DNA of 64,000 nt. Origin: Nitrospinota bacterium (GTDB taxonomy: Bacteria > UBA8248). The translations under genes were made by a program, and so were the position numbers. Below the pieces are notes generated by a model. The model was not told the DNA's origin and ran no database searches. It saw only the letters and a program-made list of their open reading frames with translations. Positions 9,819 through 18,617 of this stretch are shown in pieces. Where the stretch lies: positions 64,001-128,000 of the forward strand of contig JAZAHK010000003.1 of NCBI GenBank assembly GCA_036231405.1, written 5' to 3'. Position 1 is the stretch's first letter. Each line of letters starts with the position of its first letter.

Positions 9819-9962
9819 TACCCACTCCATTGAAGACGAAAAAAATTCATTTTAGGAGTGAAAGAAGAGAAAACGTGCAATAAAAAACGAACTCCCAAAA
9901 CGCAAAGAGCAATCCCAGAAAACGCTTCATCTATTCATTCAGCAAAACGACAAATTTCAAAG

Positions 9963-9986
9963 GAGTAAAGACAATCCACTTTACTC
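9963..9986 (-). terminator. possible hairpin/terminator downstream of the creatininase gene
   Basis: GAGTAAAG-8 nt-CTTTACTC inverted repeat with a weak U-tract on the minus strand. Confidence 0.3.
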
Positions 9987-10002
9987 TCGGGTTGTTTAAT
10001 TA

Positions 10003-10022
10003 ATTATGATAGAAATCATAAT
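10003..10022. promoter_or_regulatory. palindrome, possible operator upstream of the ABC operon
   Basis: ATTATGAT-agaa-ATCATAAT. Confidence 0.35.
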
Positions 10023-10042
10023 ACTCGAACAAGAACAATTTC

Positions 10043-10825
10043 TCAACTGGGTTCCCATCCTAACCTAATCTTTTCCGCTAGTTTCTCACTTAAAAATCTG
10101 TAAAAGATATCTCCCTGTTCAGCGGAAGCATTTGTAGCATCCCCCCAAGTACCAGAATCTGTATATTTCGACAAATTAAAAATGATGGTATGCACATCAG
10201 GATCACGAGAAATCTTCAGATAGTCTTCTGGAATGAAAGGAACACCAATTCTTTCCTTATTTATAAGATCTTCTTTATAAAACATCACAGCTGAAGATTC
10301 TTGTTCTCCTGCATGAGAACCCCAAGGGTCGGAAAGTGTTTCTCCAAGTTCCTGTTCGACTTTTTCTTTTAAATCTAAACTGTTTTGAATTCCAATCATA
10401 TCCACTACCATCAGTTGCAAATCTTCGCCATACTTGTGCTTTAGATCCTTAGCGGTTATATCAGATGGTGAGCTATTACCACCGTGAGCACTCAAAAAAA
10501 TAAATTTTTTCAACCCGTGTTTCATAAGAGATTCAACCATCTCAGTTACAAGACGTCTAAATGTATCAACACTCAGAGTCATACTTCCCGAAAAACTCAT
10601 GTGCTGTGGGGAATAACCGATGGTCAGTGGTGGGGCAACTAATGAATTAATAATTCGCGCAACCCTCATACTCATTTCTAGGGCAATAAAAGAATCAGTC
10701 CCAAGCGGTGCGTGTTTTCCGTGCTGTTCTGTCGCCCCCATAGGTAATACAACTGTGTCGATTCCAGAATCAATTTTTCCCTTCACATCAACCCAGTTCA
10801 TATACGGAATATATCTATCTCGCAT
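10043..10825 (-). CDS. creatininase family amidohydrolase
   Basis: GATEQHGKHAPLGTD, SAHGGN, HAGEQE, GTWGD motifs. Confidence 0.88.
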   Translation of the reverse strand: MRDRYIPYMNWVDVKGKIDSGIDTVVLPMGATEQHGKHAPLGTDSFIALEMSMRVARIINSLVAPPLTIGYSPQHMSFSGSMTLSVDTFRRLVTEMVESLMKHGLKKFIFLSAHGGNSSPSDITAKDLKHKYGEDLQLMVVDMIGIQNSLDLKEKVEQELGETLSDPWGSHAGEQESSAVMFYKEDLINKERIGVPFIPEDYLKISRDPDVHTIIFNLSKYTDSGTWGDATNASAEQGDIFYRFLSEKLAEKIRLGWEPS

Positions 10826-11181
10826 TCGATTACCTCCTCATACAAAACGAACCTAATATAGTTAATTTCTTTTAAATTGCTAGAAAAAACGAATCCCAGG
10901 TATCAATACTAACTGATAAAGGACCCCTCTCGAAGCGTAAGGAGAACTGGAAAAAAACACTACGCAACACAAGAGCTCGATTTAAATCTTTCTAAAAATT
11001 ACCTTGGAAATAATTTCATTATCGTTGAGCTAGAGTAAGAAGATTGCAAAAAAAAAACAAAAAATCAAGTATAAATTGATCAATAAAAGTTTCTTTTTTT
11101 TTAAATTTGTTAGAAAATAATTTCGTGTATGTTTCGATTATATTATCTATATGTGTTGAAAAATTATAGAATGAGAATTCA

Positions 11182-12138
11182 ATGTTTTACACACAAAAAA
11201 AAATTTTTTTTGCTCTTTTTTTTTCAATTTCCTTTTTGAGTCTGTATTCCCTTGCAGATTCTCGAAAAAAAAATTTTACAACTATGACCCTTTCTCCCAA
11301 TAAAAACGCGGACTTGAAATTAATTTTGCGGTGGCACAAAAAACAGAACAGATCAAATTGGAATATGAATTTCATTAAAACTAGAAATGCATTTTTTGTC
11401 CGTATACTAAGCGCATATCCCTCAGAGAAGAGCAAAAAAGTAATCCTTCTTTTTTCCGGTGGAGATGGAACTTCAAGTTTCGAAATCCAGGATTTAGAAT
11501 CCTCTAGTAAAAATTATAAATATAACAAATCAGTAAGACCTAGGAACAATTCTCTTTCAAGATCTGCCCACTTATTTGCTAACGAGGGATTTATTGCATC
11601 CAACGTAGACGTTCCAATTCCGCTCACTGAAAACACACTTATAGGAAACGATTCCTTCGGTATCGGAACGGATTTCAGAACAAGCAAAAACCATCTGATA
11701 GATGTACAGAACATAATTAAATTTCATAAAAAAAATGGGGCAAAAGAGTTCTTTTTAGCTGGAACTAGCAGAGGTTCTTATTCCATAGCCCACCTCGCAA
11801 CTCAAATCAATGATCCCTCCATTAAAGGATTCATTTTTACCTCAAGTATGGATGATATTGACATTATGGACTTATCAAAAATTAAAAAACCTATTTTGTT
11901 TGTCCATCATGAAGATGATGAATGCCATGTAACAACATACGGGTCTGCAACTTCCAATTATGAAACAATATCTTCACATTCTAAACATTTCCTTACTGTT
12001 TCAGGAGGAGACTCACCTATGGGAAGATCTTGTGGGGCTTTAGCTGAACACGGATTTATCGGTATTAATAAGGAGGTCGTAAAAAATATTGCATCATGGA
12101 TGAAAGGGAATAAAATTCCAAATCGAATCAGTGATTAA
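11182..12138 (+). CDS. exported alpha/beta hydrolase
   Basis: Signal-like N-terminus, nucleophile elbow GTSRG, HHEDDECHVT, C-terminal HGF. Confidence 0.7.
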   Translation: MFYTQKKIFFALFFSISFLSLYSLADSRKKNFTTMTLSPNKNADLKLILRWHKKQNRSNWNMNFIKTRNAFFVRILSAYPSEKSKKVILLFSGGDGTSSFEIQDLESSSKNYKYNKSVRPRNNSLSRSAHLFANEGFIASNVDVPIPLTENTLIGNDSFGIGTDFRTSKNHLIDVQNIIKFHKKNGAKEFFLAGTSRGSYSIAHLATQINDPSIKGFIFTSSMDDIDIMDLSKIKKPILFVHHEDDECHVTTYGSATSNYETISSHSKHFLTVSGGDSPMGRSCGALAEHGFIGINKEVVKNIASWMKGNKIPNRISD

Positions 12139-12237
12139 GTTATATAGCCTTTTTATGCCTAATGTGAGAAAATGGCGCACAAATTTTTATTGATTTTTAT
12201 CATTTTTCTCCTTCAGAAAAGATAAAAGGAAGAAGAG

Positions 12238-12855
12238 ATGACTGAGAAAACTATAGATTCCTTGCAAGAGTTAAGAGACTCTTTTGGCTTTCCCTCAGGA
12301 AGAGCTGCGGAAAAAGAAATGTCCTGTTTAGATAAACATGCCAGAGCCTTTATAGAATTGTCTCCTTTCTTAATTATCGCAACCGCGACAGAAACCGGTG
12401 CCGACGCTTCTCCAAAAGGGGATCCCCCTGGGTTTGTCAAAGTGCTCGGGGACAATCAAATATTCATTCCAGATAGACCTGGGAATAGCAGGGTAGATAC
12501 TATGAGAAACTTGTTAATCAACCCACAAATAGGAGTTATATTTCTCGTTCCGGGGATGAGCGAAACTCTTAGAGTTAACGGAAGAGCAAAAATTACTACT
12601 GATGATGATCTGCTATCTTCTTCTTCGGTAAAAGGGAAGACTCCAAAATGTGGGATTCTCGTGGAAATAGACGAAGTATATATGCATTGTGCTAAATCTA
12701 TTATACGTTCAAAACTTTGGGATTCGGAAAGTCAAATTGATAGAAAGACCTTCCCTTCTCTTGGTAAAATTTTCACTGACCAAATTGGCGGTGGTCTTAA
12801 TGCAAAAGAGGTGGACGAGGACATAGAAAATAAATACAAAGAGAGACTTTACTGA
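12238..12855 (+). CDS. pyridoxamine 5'-phosphate oxidase family flavoprotein (MSMEG_1061-like)
   Basis: DASPKGDPPGFV, PDRPGNSRVDT, ETLRVNGRA, HCAKSIIRSKLW. Confidence 0.85.
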   Translation: MTEKTIDSLQELRDSFGFPSGRAAEKEMSCLDKHARAFIELSPFLIIATATETGADASPKGDPPGFVKVLGDNQIFIPDRPGNSRVDTMRNLLINPQIGVIFLVPGMSETLRVNGRAKITTDDDLLSSSSVKGKTPKCGILVEIDEVYMHCAKSIIRSKLWDSESQIDRKTFPSLGKIFTDQIGGGLNAKEVDEDIENKYKERLY

Positions 12856-12917
12856 AAATTTAAAAAGCTACAGTTCAAAAATATAAAGAAATCCATTTCA
12901 TATACAAGACGTATAGC

Positions 12918-14039
12918 TTAGGGTCTAACAAGAACCTTCAAACATTCACTTGAACCCGTAATCTGAATTCCTTCTTCAATATTATCCAAAGTCATTTCAT
13001 GTGTAAAAATATCATCGATTGTCAAAACAGTCCTTAAGAGCATTTCTATTGCAGGTTCAAACTGTACCTGAGGATAAGCCCAAGAGCCTAGAATATCAAC
13101 ATCTTTATTGCAAACTTGATGCGGTCTTATTTCCACGCTACCTGGATCTCCATAATGTCCAACTTCCACTAATTTTCCACCACGTCTCACCAAATTCAGT
13201 CCTTCAGAAAATGCCGCAGGGACTCCCGCACATTCTAAAACTACATCTGGACCTACATTGTCAGTAAGAGATAAAATTCCTTCTTTTCTCTGTTCCTCAT
13301 CAGTTTCCGAAATATTTATTAGATCTGTTGCACCAAATTTTTCAGAAAAACTAAGCCTTTTTTTCGATGCGTCAACAGCAATGATTTTACCTACTCCCAT
13401 ACTTCTTAGCGTAGCCACTACAAGAAGCCCTATCGGGCCAACTCCCATTACAGCACAACGTACACCGATCCCTATTCCTTCACCCGCATTTGGAATGCCA
13501 GGAGATAGAGCCCTACTTACGGCTCTTTGCGCAACAGAAAGTGGCTCGCATAAAGTAGCTCTTTCAAGGGTGAGTTCTTCTGGAAGTTTCAGCACAAAGG
13601 AATTCCCCGGAATATACATATATTCAGAAAATGCACCAAATAGATGAGGAGAATCTTTGGATGTGCGAAATCCAAAAACTGTCCGATTTGGACACAATTG
13701 CGGTCTATGGGGAACGTGCACACAAAACCAACATTTCGAACAAGCCTGACTACCTGGTGTAACAGTGATTCGATCTCCCTCTTTCAGGATCCCTCCTACA
13801 ATTTTCATAGAATTATTCGCATTGTTTCCGATCTTTTCGATGATTCCACTAAATTCATGCCCAGGAATTAATGGCCAAGCAACATTCATCTTCCCTGTAT
13901 ACATATGTTTATCTGACCCACAAATTCCAACAGCTGCAACTTTCATTAAAATAGCATCATCTCCCACTTCTGGCTCAGGGAAATCTTTCAAAATAATTTG
14001 CCCAGGCTCAAGCATTTCTGCCGCAATTATTTTTGACAT
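12918..14039 (-). CDS. zinc-dependent alcohol dehydrogenase (MDR)
   Basis: GICGSD, PGHEFSG, structural Zn CSKCWFC...C, GVGPIG. Confidence 0.9.
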   Translation of the reverse strand: MSKIIAAEMLEPGQIILKDFPEPEVGDDAILMKVAAVGICGSDKHMYTGKMNVAWPLIPGHEFSGIIEKIGNNANNSMKIVGGILKEGDRITVTPGSQACSKCWFCVHVPHRPQLCPNRTVFGFRTSKDSPHLFGAFSEYMYIPGNSFVLKLPEELTLERATLCEPLSVAQRAVSRALSPGIPNAGEGIGIGVRCAVMGVGPIGLLVVATLRSMGVGKIIAVDASKKRLSFSEKFGATDLINISETDEEQRKEGILSLTDNVGPDVVLECAGVPAAFSEGLNLVRRGGKLVEVGHYGDPGSVEIRPHQVCNKDVDILGSWAYPQVQFEPAIEMLLRTVLTIDDIFTHEMTLDNIEEGIQITGSSECLKVLVRP

Positions 14040-14067
14040 AATTACACCCTCTTAATAAAAAGTCTGG

Positions 14068-14087
14068 CAAACAAAAACATTTGTTTG
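14068..14087. promoter_or_regulatory. palindromic putative operator in the divergent ADH/aroE promoter region
   Basis: CAAACAAA-aaca-TTTGTTTG. Confidence 0.4.
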
Positions 14088-14173
14088 TCTTGCGATAAAT
14101 ATTCGATAAACGTAATCTAACCTATCTGTATGTTTTCCAATAGTTTAATTGTTAAAAATAAAGGGTTTGGACA

Positions 14174-15037
14174 TTGCTCGAAAAATGCCTTGGTATTTTT
14201 GGTCATCCGTTATCACATACCATGTCTCCGGTAATGCATAACACTTCTGCTAAAGAACTAGGACTTCCTTATAAATTCATGGCTTTTGACGTTAAGCCCA
14301 AAGACCTTGAAGAAGCGGTATTGGGAACAAGAGGGATGGGATTTTCAGGTTTATGCATTACCATCCCGCACAAAGTAGAAGTCTTCAAGCTTGTCGACAA
14401 AACTACTAAAGATGCAGAACTTATTGGCGCCGTTAATGTTGTGACTTTCTCAAAAAACGGAGAAATGACAGGTCATAACACAGACGGACTCGGTTGGGTG
14501 AAATCTCTTCAAGAGATCGGGGAAACCCCAAAAGGGAAAAAGTGTTTGATTCTAGGTGCCGGTGGGGCAGCAAGAGCTATTGCCGTTAAATTAGCACAAG
14601 AGAAAGCTAAACACATTTCAATAAGAAATCGTTCAATTAGTAAAGCAGAAGAGCTTGCCCAGTATATTACAAGTAGAATCCCAGGTTCGGCTGCAGATGG
14701 TGATGGTCTTCAATCTTTAGAAAAAGAAACTAATACTTTTGATCTTATTGTAAATACCACAAGCGTTGGAATGTCAGGGGAAGATACCAGAGAATCAACT
14801 TCTCTTATTGAAGAAAGTTGGATTTCGGAAAGAAATATTTGTTCTGACGCCGTTTACAATCCTTTAGAAACTATTTTTCTCCAAAATGCTAAAAGAAGAG
14901 GAGCAAAAACCCTCAGTGGATTAGGTTGGCTAATACATCAAGGCGCCCTTGCATGGAAACTTTGGACTGGAACTGAAATGCCAATCGTTGCTGTTAGAAA
15001 GGCTCTAATAGAAGAACTTACAAAAAATGAAATTTGA
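14174..15037 (+). CDS. aroE: shikimate dehydrogenase family protein
   Basis: GHPLSHTMSPVMHN, TIPHK, GAVN, GHNTD, GAGGAARA, NTTSVGM, DAVYNP. Confidence 0.88.
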   Translation: MLEKCLGIFGHPLSHTMSPVMHNTSAKELGLPYKFMAFDVKPKDLEEAVLGTRGMGFSGLCITIPHKVEVFKLVDKTTKDAELIGAVNVVTFSKNGEMTGHNTDGLGWVKSLQEIGETPKGKKCLILGAGGAARAIAVKLAQEKAKHISIRNRSISKAEELAQYITSRIPGSAADGDGLQSLEKETNTFDLIVNTTSVGMSGEDTRESTSLIEESWISERNICSDAVYNPLETIFLQNAKRRGAKTLSGLGWLIHQGALAWKLWTGTEMPIVAVRKALIEELTKNEI

Positions 15038-15071
15038 TCTAAAAAAATTTTAGTACTCAGGAGTTTAACAA

Positions 15072-16262
15072 ATGGTAATGCCTTTAGATCATATGCGAGT
15101 GATTGATTTGTCCAGAGTTTTAGCAGGTCCTTTTTGCACGATGATGCTAGGAGATATGGGAGCAGAAGTAATTAAAATAGAGAATCCTATCGGGGGTGAT
15201 GATACCAGGGGATGGCCTCCATTCTATGAAGGGGGTGAAAGTAGTTACTTTCAATCAGTAAATCGAAACAAAAAAAGCTTAACCTTAGATCTGAAATCAG
15301 AAAAAGGGAAAAGAATTCTTGCTGAGTTAATAAAAAAATCTGATGTTTTGATCCAAAACTTTAGACCCGGAGCGATTGAAAGACTCGGATTCGGTTGGGA
15401 AGAATGTAAAAAAATGAATCCGCGACTTATCTATTCTTCTGTTTCTGGATACGGACAAAATGGGCCCTCTCGAGAGAGACCTGCCTACGACATCCTTCTT
15501 CAAGGAGAAGGCGGCCTTATGAGTATCACTGGACCTTCTGATGGTTCAGGCTATAAGACGGGTATTGCAATAGCGGATCTTACTACTGCACTCTTTACCA
15601 TTCAGGGAATATTACTTGCGATTATTTCAAGAGAAAAAACAGGGATTGGACAAGAAATTGATGTCTCGATCCAAGATGGACAAGCTGCATTAATGAGCCA
15701 TGCCGCAGGAAATTTCTTCGCTACTTCAGTCCCCCCCGGAAGACTGGGGAATCAACATCCAAGTATTGCACCTTATCGAGATTTTAGTTGTTCTGATGGC
15801 AAACTTATTGTTGCGGCAGCGAATGACAGTCTGTGGAAACGTTTTGCTAGTGCAATCGGGAGAGAAGACCTTGCTAGTGATAGTTCATGGGGGGAAAATG
15901 CAGATAGAGTAAAAGGACGAAAGAACTTAGACGAAGAAATAGAAAAAACGATGAAAGAAAAATCCCGCGCAGAATGGGAAGGAATTATTTCAGAAGCAGG
16001 AGTTCCATGTGGCCCAATTAGGAATATTCAAGAACTTACAGAAGACCCACAAATCAAACACCGTGAGATGATAGTCGAAATTGAACACGCAAAAACTGGA
16101 ATTCTCAAAATGATGGGGATACCAATTAAATTATCCGATACCCCAGGGAAAGTATTGCTCCCACCTCCACTACTGGGAGAACATACAGATGCAATTCTCA
16201 CTGAGATTGTAAAAATTTCACAATCTGAAATACATTCTCTTCGAGAGAAAAAAGTAATATAG
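15072..16262 (+). CDS. class III CoA-transferase (CaiB/BaiF)
   Basis: DLSRVLAGPFCT, NRNKKS, NFRPG, IAD catalytic Asp, PPLLGEHT. Confidence 0.92.
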   Translation: MVMPLDHMRVIDLSRVLAGPFCTMMLGDMGAEVIKIENPIGGDDTRGWPPFYEGGESSYFQSVNRNKKSLTLDLKSEKGKRILAELIKKSDVLIQNFRPGAIERLGFGWEECKKMNPRLIYSSVSGYGQNGPSRERPAYDILLQGEGGLMSITGPSDGSGYKTGIAIADLTTALFTIQGILLAIISREKTGIGQEIDVSIQDGQAALMSHAAGNFFATSVPPGRLGNQHPSIAPYRDFSCSDGKLIVAAANDSLWKRFASAIGREDLASDSSWGENADRVKGRKNLDEEIEKTMKEKSRAEWEGIISEAGVPCGPIRNIQELTEDPQIKHREMIVEIEHAKTGILKMMGIPIKLSDTPGKVLLPPPLLGEHTDAILTEIVKISQSEIHSLREKKVI

Positions 16263-16307
16263 AAGCTTCGAAAAACATTTAATATGTATTTGTATCGTTT
16301 TTAATTG

Positions 16308-16313
16308 TATAAT
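16308..16313 (+). promoter_or_regulatory. possible -10 element of the F420 operon
   Basis: Perfect TATAAT 33 nt upstream of the cofG start; no convincing -35. Confidence 0.35.
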
Positions 16314-16345
16314 TCGAAAAGAAAACTCAAAGAGGGCTGTAAAAA

Positions 16346-17332
16346 CTGAGACCAGTCACGTATTCATATAATTTTACACTTCCAATAACGAGTTGGTGTT
16401 TAAACCGATGTGCTTACTGCGCTTTCAGAACAGACGCTCCTATCCTTCTCTCAATTAATGAATGTGAAGAGTTGGGTGAAAAAGCATTTAAAGAAGGTGT
16501 TATTGAAGCTTTAGTAATGACCGGAGAGGGAATAGACAAACATCCCTTAATGAAAAAACAGTTACAGGACTGGGGATTCAATTCATATGCATCTTATACT
16601 GCCGAAATATGTAAAAGATACTTAAATATAGGCTTACTTCCTCATACGAACATTGGCACTTTGGAAGAAAAAGAATTAGAAATTCTTAAGCCCTATAACG
16701 TGTCAATGGGAATGATGGTCGAAACAACGAGCAAAAAAGCAACAAAAATTGCACACTCTGCTGCTCCAACGAAAAAACCATCTGCCAGATTATCTTCACT
16801 AAAAGCAGCTGGAAAATTAAAAATCCCGTTTACTACCGGAATCTTAATCGGAATTGGTGAGAGTTATGAAGATAGACTTGAAACACTAGAGTCTATAGGA
16901 GAAATTCAATCTGAATATGGGCATATTCAGGAAGTTATTTTACAACCCCTGAATCCCCAAGAAGGAACACCGATGGCAAATTGGGAAAAACCAAACGACG
17001 AAAAGATTCAAGAGCTAATCCCTTTTGTAAAAGATATAATGCCAGAAGTTCATATTCAAATACCTCCTAATTTAGTTGACAATCTTTTTTCATTAATAGA
17101 AGCTGGAGTTGATGATTTGGGAGGAATAGCACCAGAACCAGATCATATAAACCCTAACAAAGATTGGCCAAATTTAAGCTCTTTAGAGAGAGAACTTAAG
17201 CATCGCGATATAGAATTAAGACTAAGAATGCCTGTGTACGACGAGTACATAAAGGGGGGTTGGTGTCCAGAACCTACTCTCGAAACATTGAATAACATGC
17301 TTAGCAAACATGGTTCACCAGTTCTAACTTAA
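16346..17332 (+). CDS. cofG: FO synthase subunit CofG (radical SAM)
   Basis: The frame extends upstream of the track start to (M)RPVTYSYNFTLPITSWCLNRCAYCAFR, which holds the CxxxCxxC motif; also LLPHTNIG, PFTTGILIGIGE, IQIPPNL, DLGGI. Confidence 0.9.
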   Translation: MRPVTYSYNFTLPITSWCLNRCAYCAFRTDAPILLSINECEELGEKAFKEGVIEALVMTGEGIDKHPLMKKQLQDWGFNSYASYTAEICKRYLNIGLLPHTNIGTLEEKELEILKPYNVSMGMMVETTSKKATKIAHSAAPTKKPSARLSSLKAAGKLKIPFTTGILIGIGESYEDRLETLESIGEIQSEYGHIQEVILQPLNPQEGTPMANWEKPNDEKIQELIPFVKDIMPEVHIQIPPNLVDNLFSLIEAGVDDLGGIAPEPDHINPNKDWPNLSSLERELKHRDIELRLRMPVYDEYIKGGWCPEPTLETLNNMLSKHGSPVLT

Positions 17333-17343
17333 GAGAAACTAAG

Positions 17344-18564
17344 ATGGAAAATCAAACAAAAGAGATACTAGACGGAATTGAGGAAGGAGAAGAACTCTCT
17401 TCTGAGGATGCTGTTATACTGTTTGATGATAAAACTAGATCTGCTATTGAAAGGATATATCACCTTGCAGATTTAGAAAGAAAAAAATCTGTAGGAGAAA
17501 AAGTAAGTTATATAATTAACGCAAACGTAAATTTTACAAATATTTGCTATACCGACTGCAAATACTGCGGTTTTTGGCGAAAACCTAACGATAAAGACGC
17601 CTATACCCATAACGACGATATACTCTCTGAAAAATTCGAGAGATCTAGAGATTTCGGTGTTACTGAAATTTGCATGCAAGGGGGGCTAAATCCAGATATT
17701 TCTCTAGATCGATACGAAGAGGTTCTTCGACTCGCAAAAAAAATAATTCCTAAGGTACACCTGCATGCATACTCCCCTGCAGAAATTGACCATGTACAAC
17801 GAAAGACGAGATTACCTCTTGAAAATATACTCAAAAGACTTAAAGAGGCAGGTCTTAGTTCCATTCCTGGTACTGCAGCAGAAATTCTGGTTGAAAGGGT
17901 AAAGAAAAAAATTAGCCCTGGAAGAATATCCGTACAACGATGGTGTGAGATAATTCAAACAGCACATACAGTTGGAATTCCCACGACTTCTACAATAATG
18001 TATGGACATATAGAAGAAACAAAAGATCTTGTCGAACATATGAAAATTCTGCGTGATATCCAGTCACAAAATATGAACGATAAATCAAAAACTGGCTTTA
18101 CAGAATTCGTACCTCTCCCTTTCATTCCCTATGACAACAAAATGGGCAAAGAATTTAAAATAACTGAAATGGCAAGTATGGATTACGTTTACAAACTTCA
18201 TTCTATTGCACGATTATACTTCAAAAATCATATAAAAAATATTCAAGTTTCTTGGCCAAAAATTGGCCTAGATGCTGCAAAACATTCTCTAAATTTAGGA
18301 GTCAATGACCTAGGAGGTACCTTAATAGAAGAGAATATAAGTCGCGAATCCGGTTCAGAATATGGGCAAAGTTTGACACCTCAAGAATTTAATGAAGCAA
18401 TTCTTTCCGCTGGAAAGATCCCCGTTCAAAGAACGACGAACTACGAACTCATTGAACAAAATGATCCTGATTTCAGGCACCCAAAAGAGAATGACTATTT
18501 AGTTTTAGGAAAGGGAGCACAGTCTGGATCAAAAAACTCCAACCCACTGACAACACTAAATTAA
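17344..18564 (+). CDS. cofH: FO synthase subunit CofH (radical SAM)
   Basis: NVNFTNICYTDCKYC, PGTAAEIL, TIMYGHIE, GFTEFVPLPF, NIQVSWPK, NDLGGTL; adjacent to cofG. Confidence 0.92.
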   Translation: MENQTKEILDGIEEGEELSSEDAVILFDDKTRSAIERIYHLADLERKKSVGEKVSYIINANVNFTNICYTDCKYCGFWRKPNDKDAYTHNDDILSEKFERSRDFGVTEICMQGGLNPDISLDRYEEVLRLAKKIIPKVHLHAYSPAEIDHVQRKTRLPLENILKRLKEAGLSSIPGTAAEILVERVKKKISPGRISVQRWCEIIQTAHTVGIPTTSTIMYGHIEETKDLVEHMKILRDIQSQNMNDKSKTGFTEFVPLPFIPYDNKMGKEFKITEMASMDYVYKLHSIARLYFKNHIKNIQVSWPKIGLDAAKHSLNLGVNDLGGTLIEENISRESGSEYGQSLTPQEFNEAILSAGKIPVQRTTNYELIEQNDPDFRHPKENDYLVLGKGAQSGSKNSNPLTTLN

Positions 18565-18617
18565 ACAGAAAAGACTCTTGCATAGATTCGCTTCTATTAT
18601 TAAGAAAGAAAATTTAC

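Noticed and set aside
9847-9930. 27-aa hydrophobic, Phe-rich minus-strand ORF upstream of the ABC ATPase (possible leader peptide)
   Set aside because: No RBS and no attenuator structure; T-rich DNA yields such peptides by chance
10043-10825. Creatininase as mycofactocin peptidase MftE or riboflavin/F420 deformylase ArfB
   Set aside because: No mftABCD nearby and not in the cof operon; only family-level evidence
11195-11224. Poly-A/poly-T runs at the 5' end of the exported hydrolase as phase-variation tracts
   Set aside because: Similar homopolymers are common throughout this AT-rich window and the frame is intact
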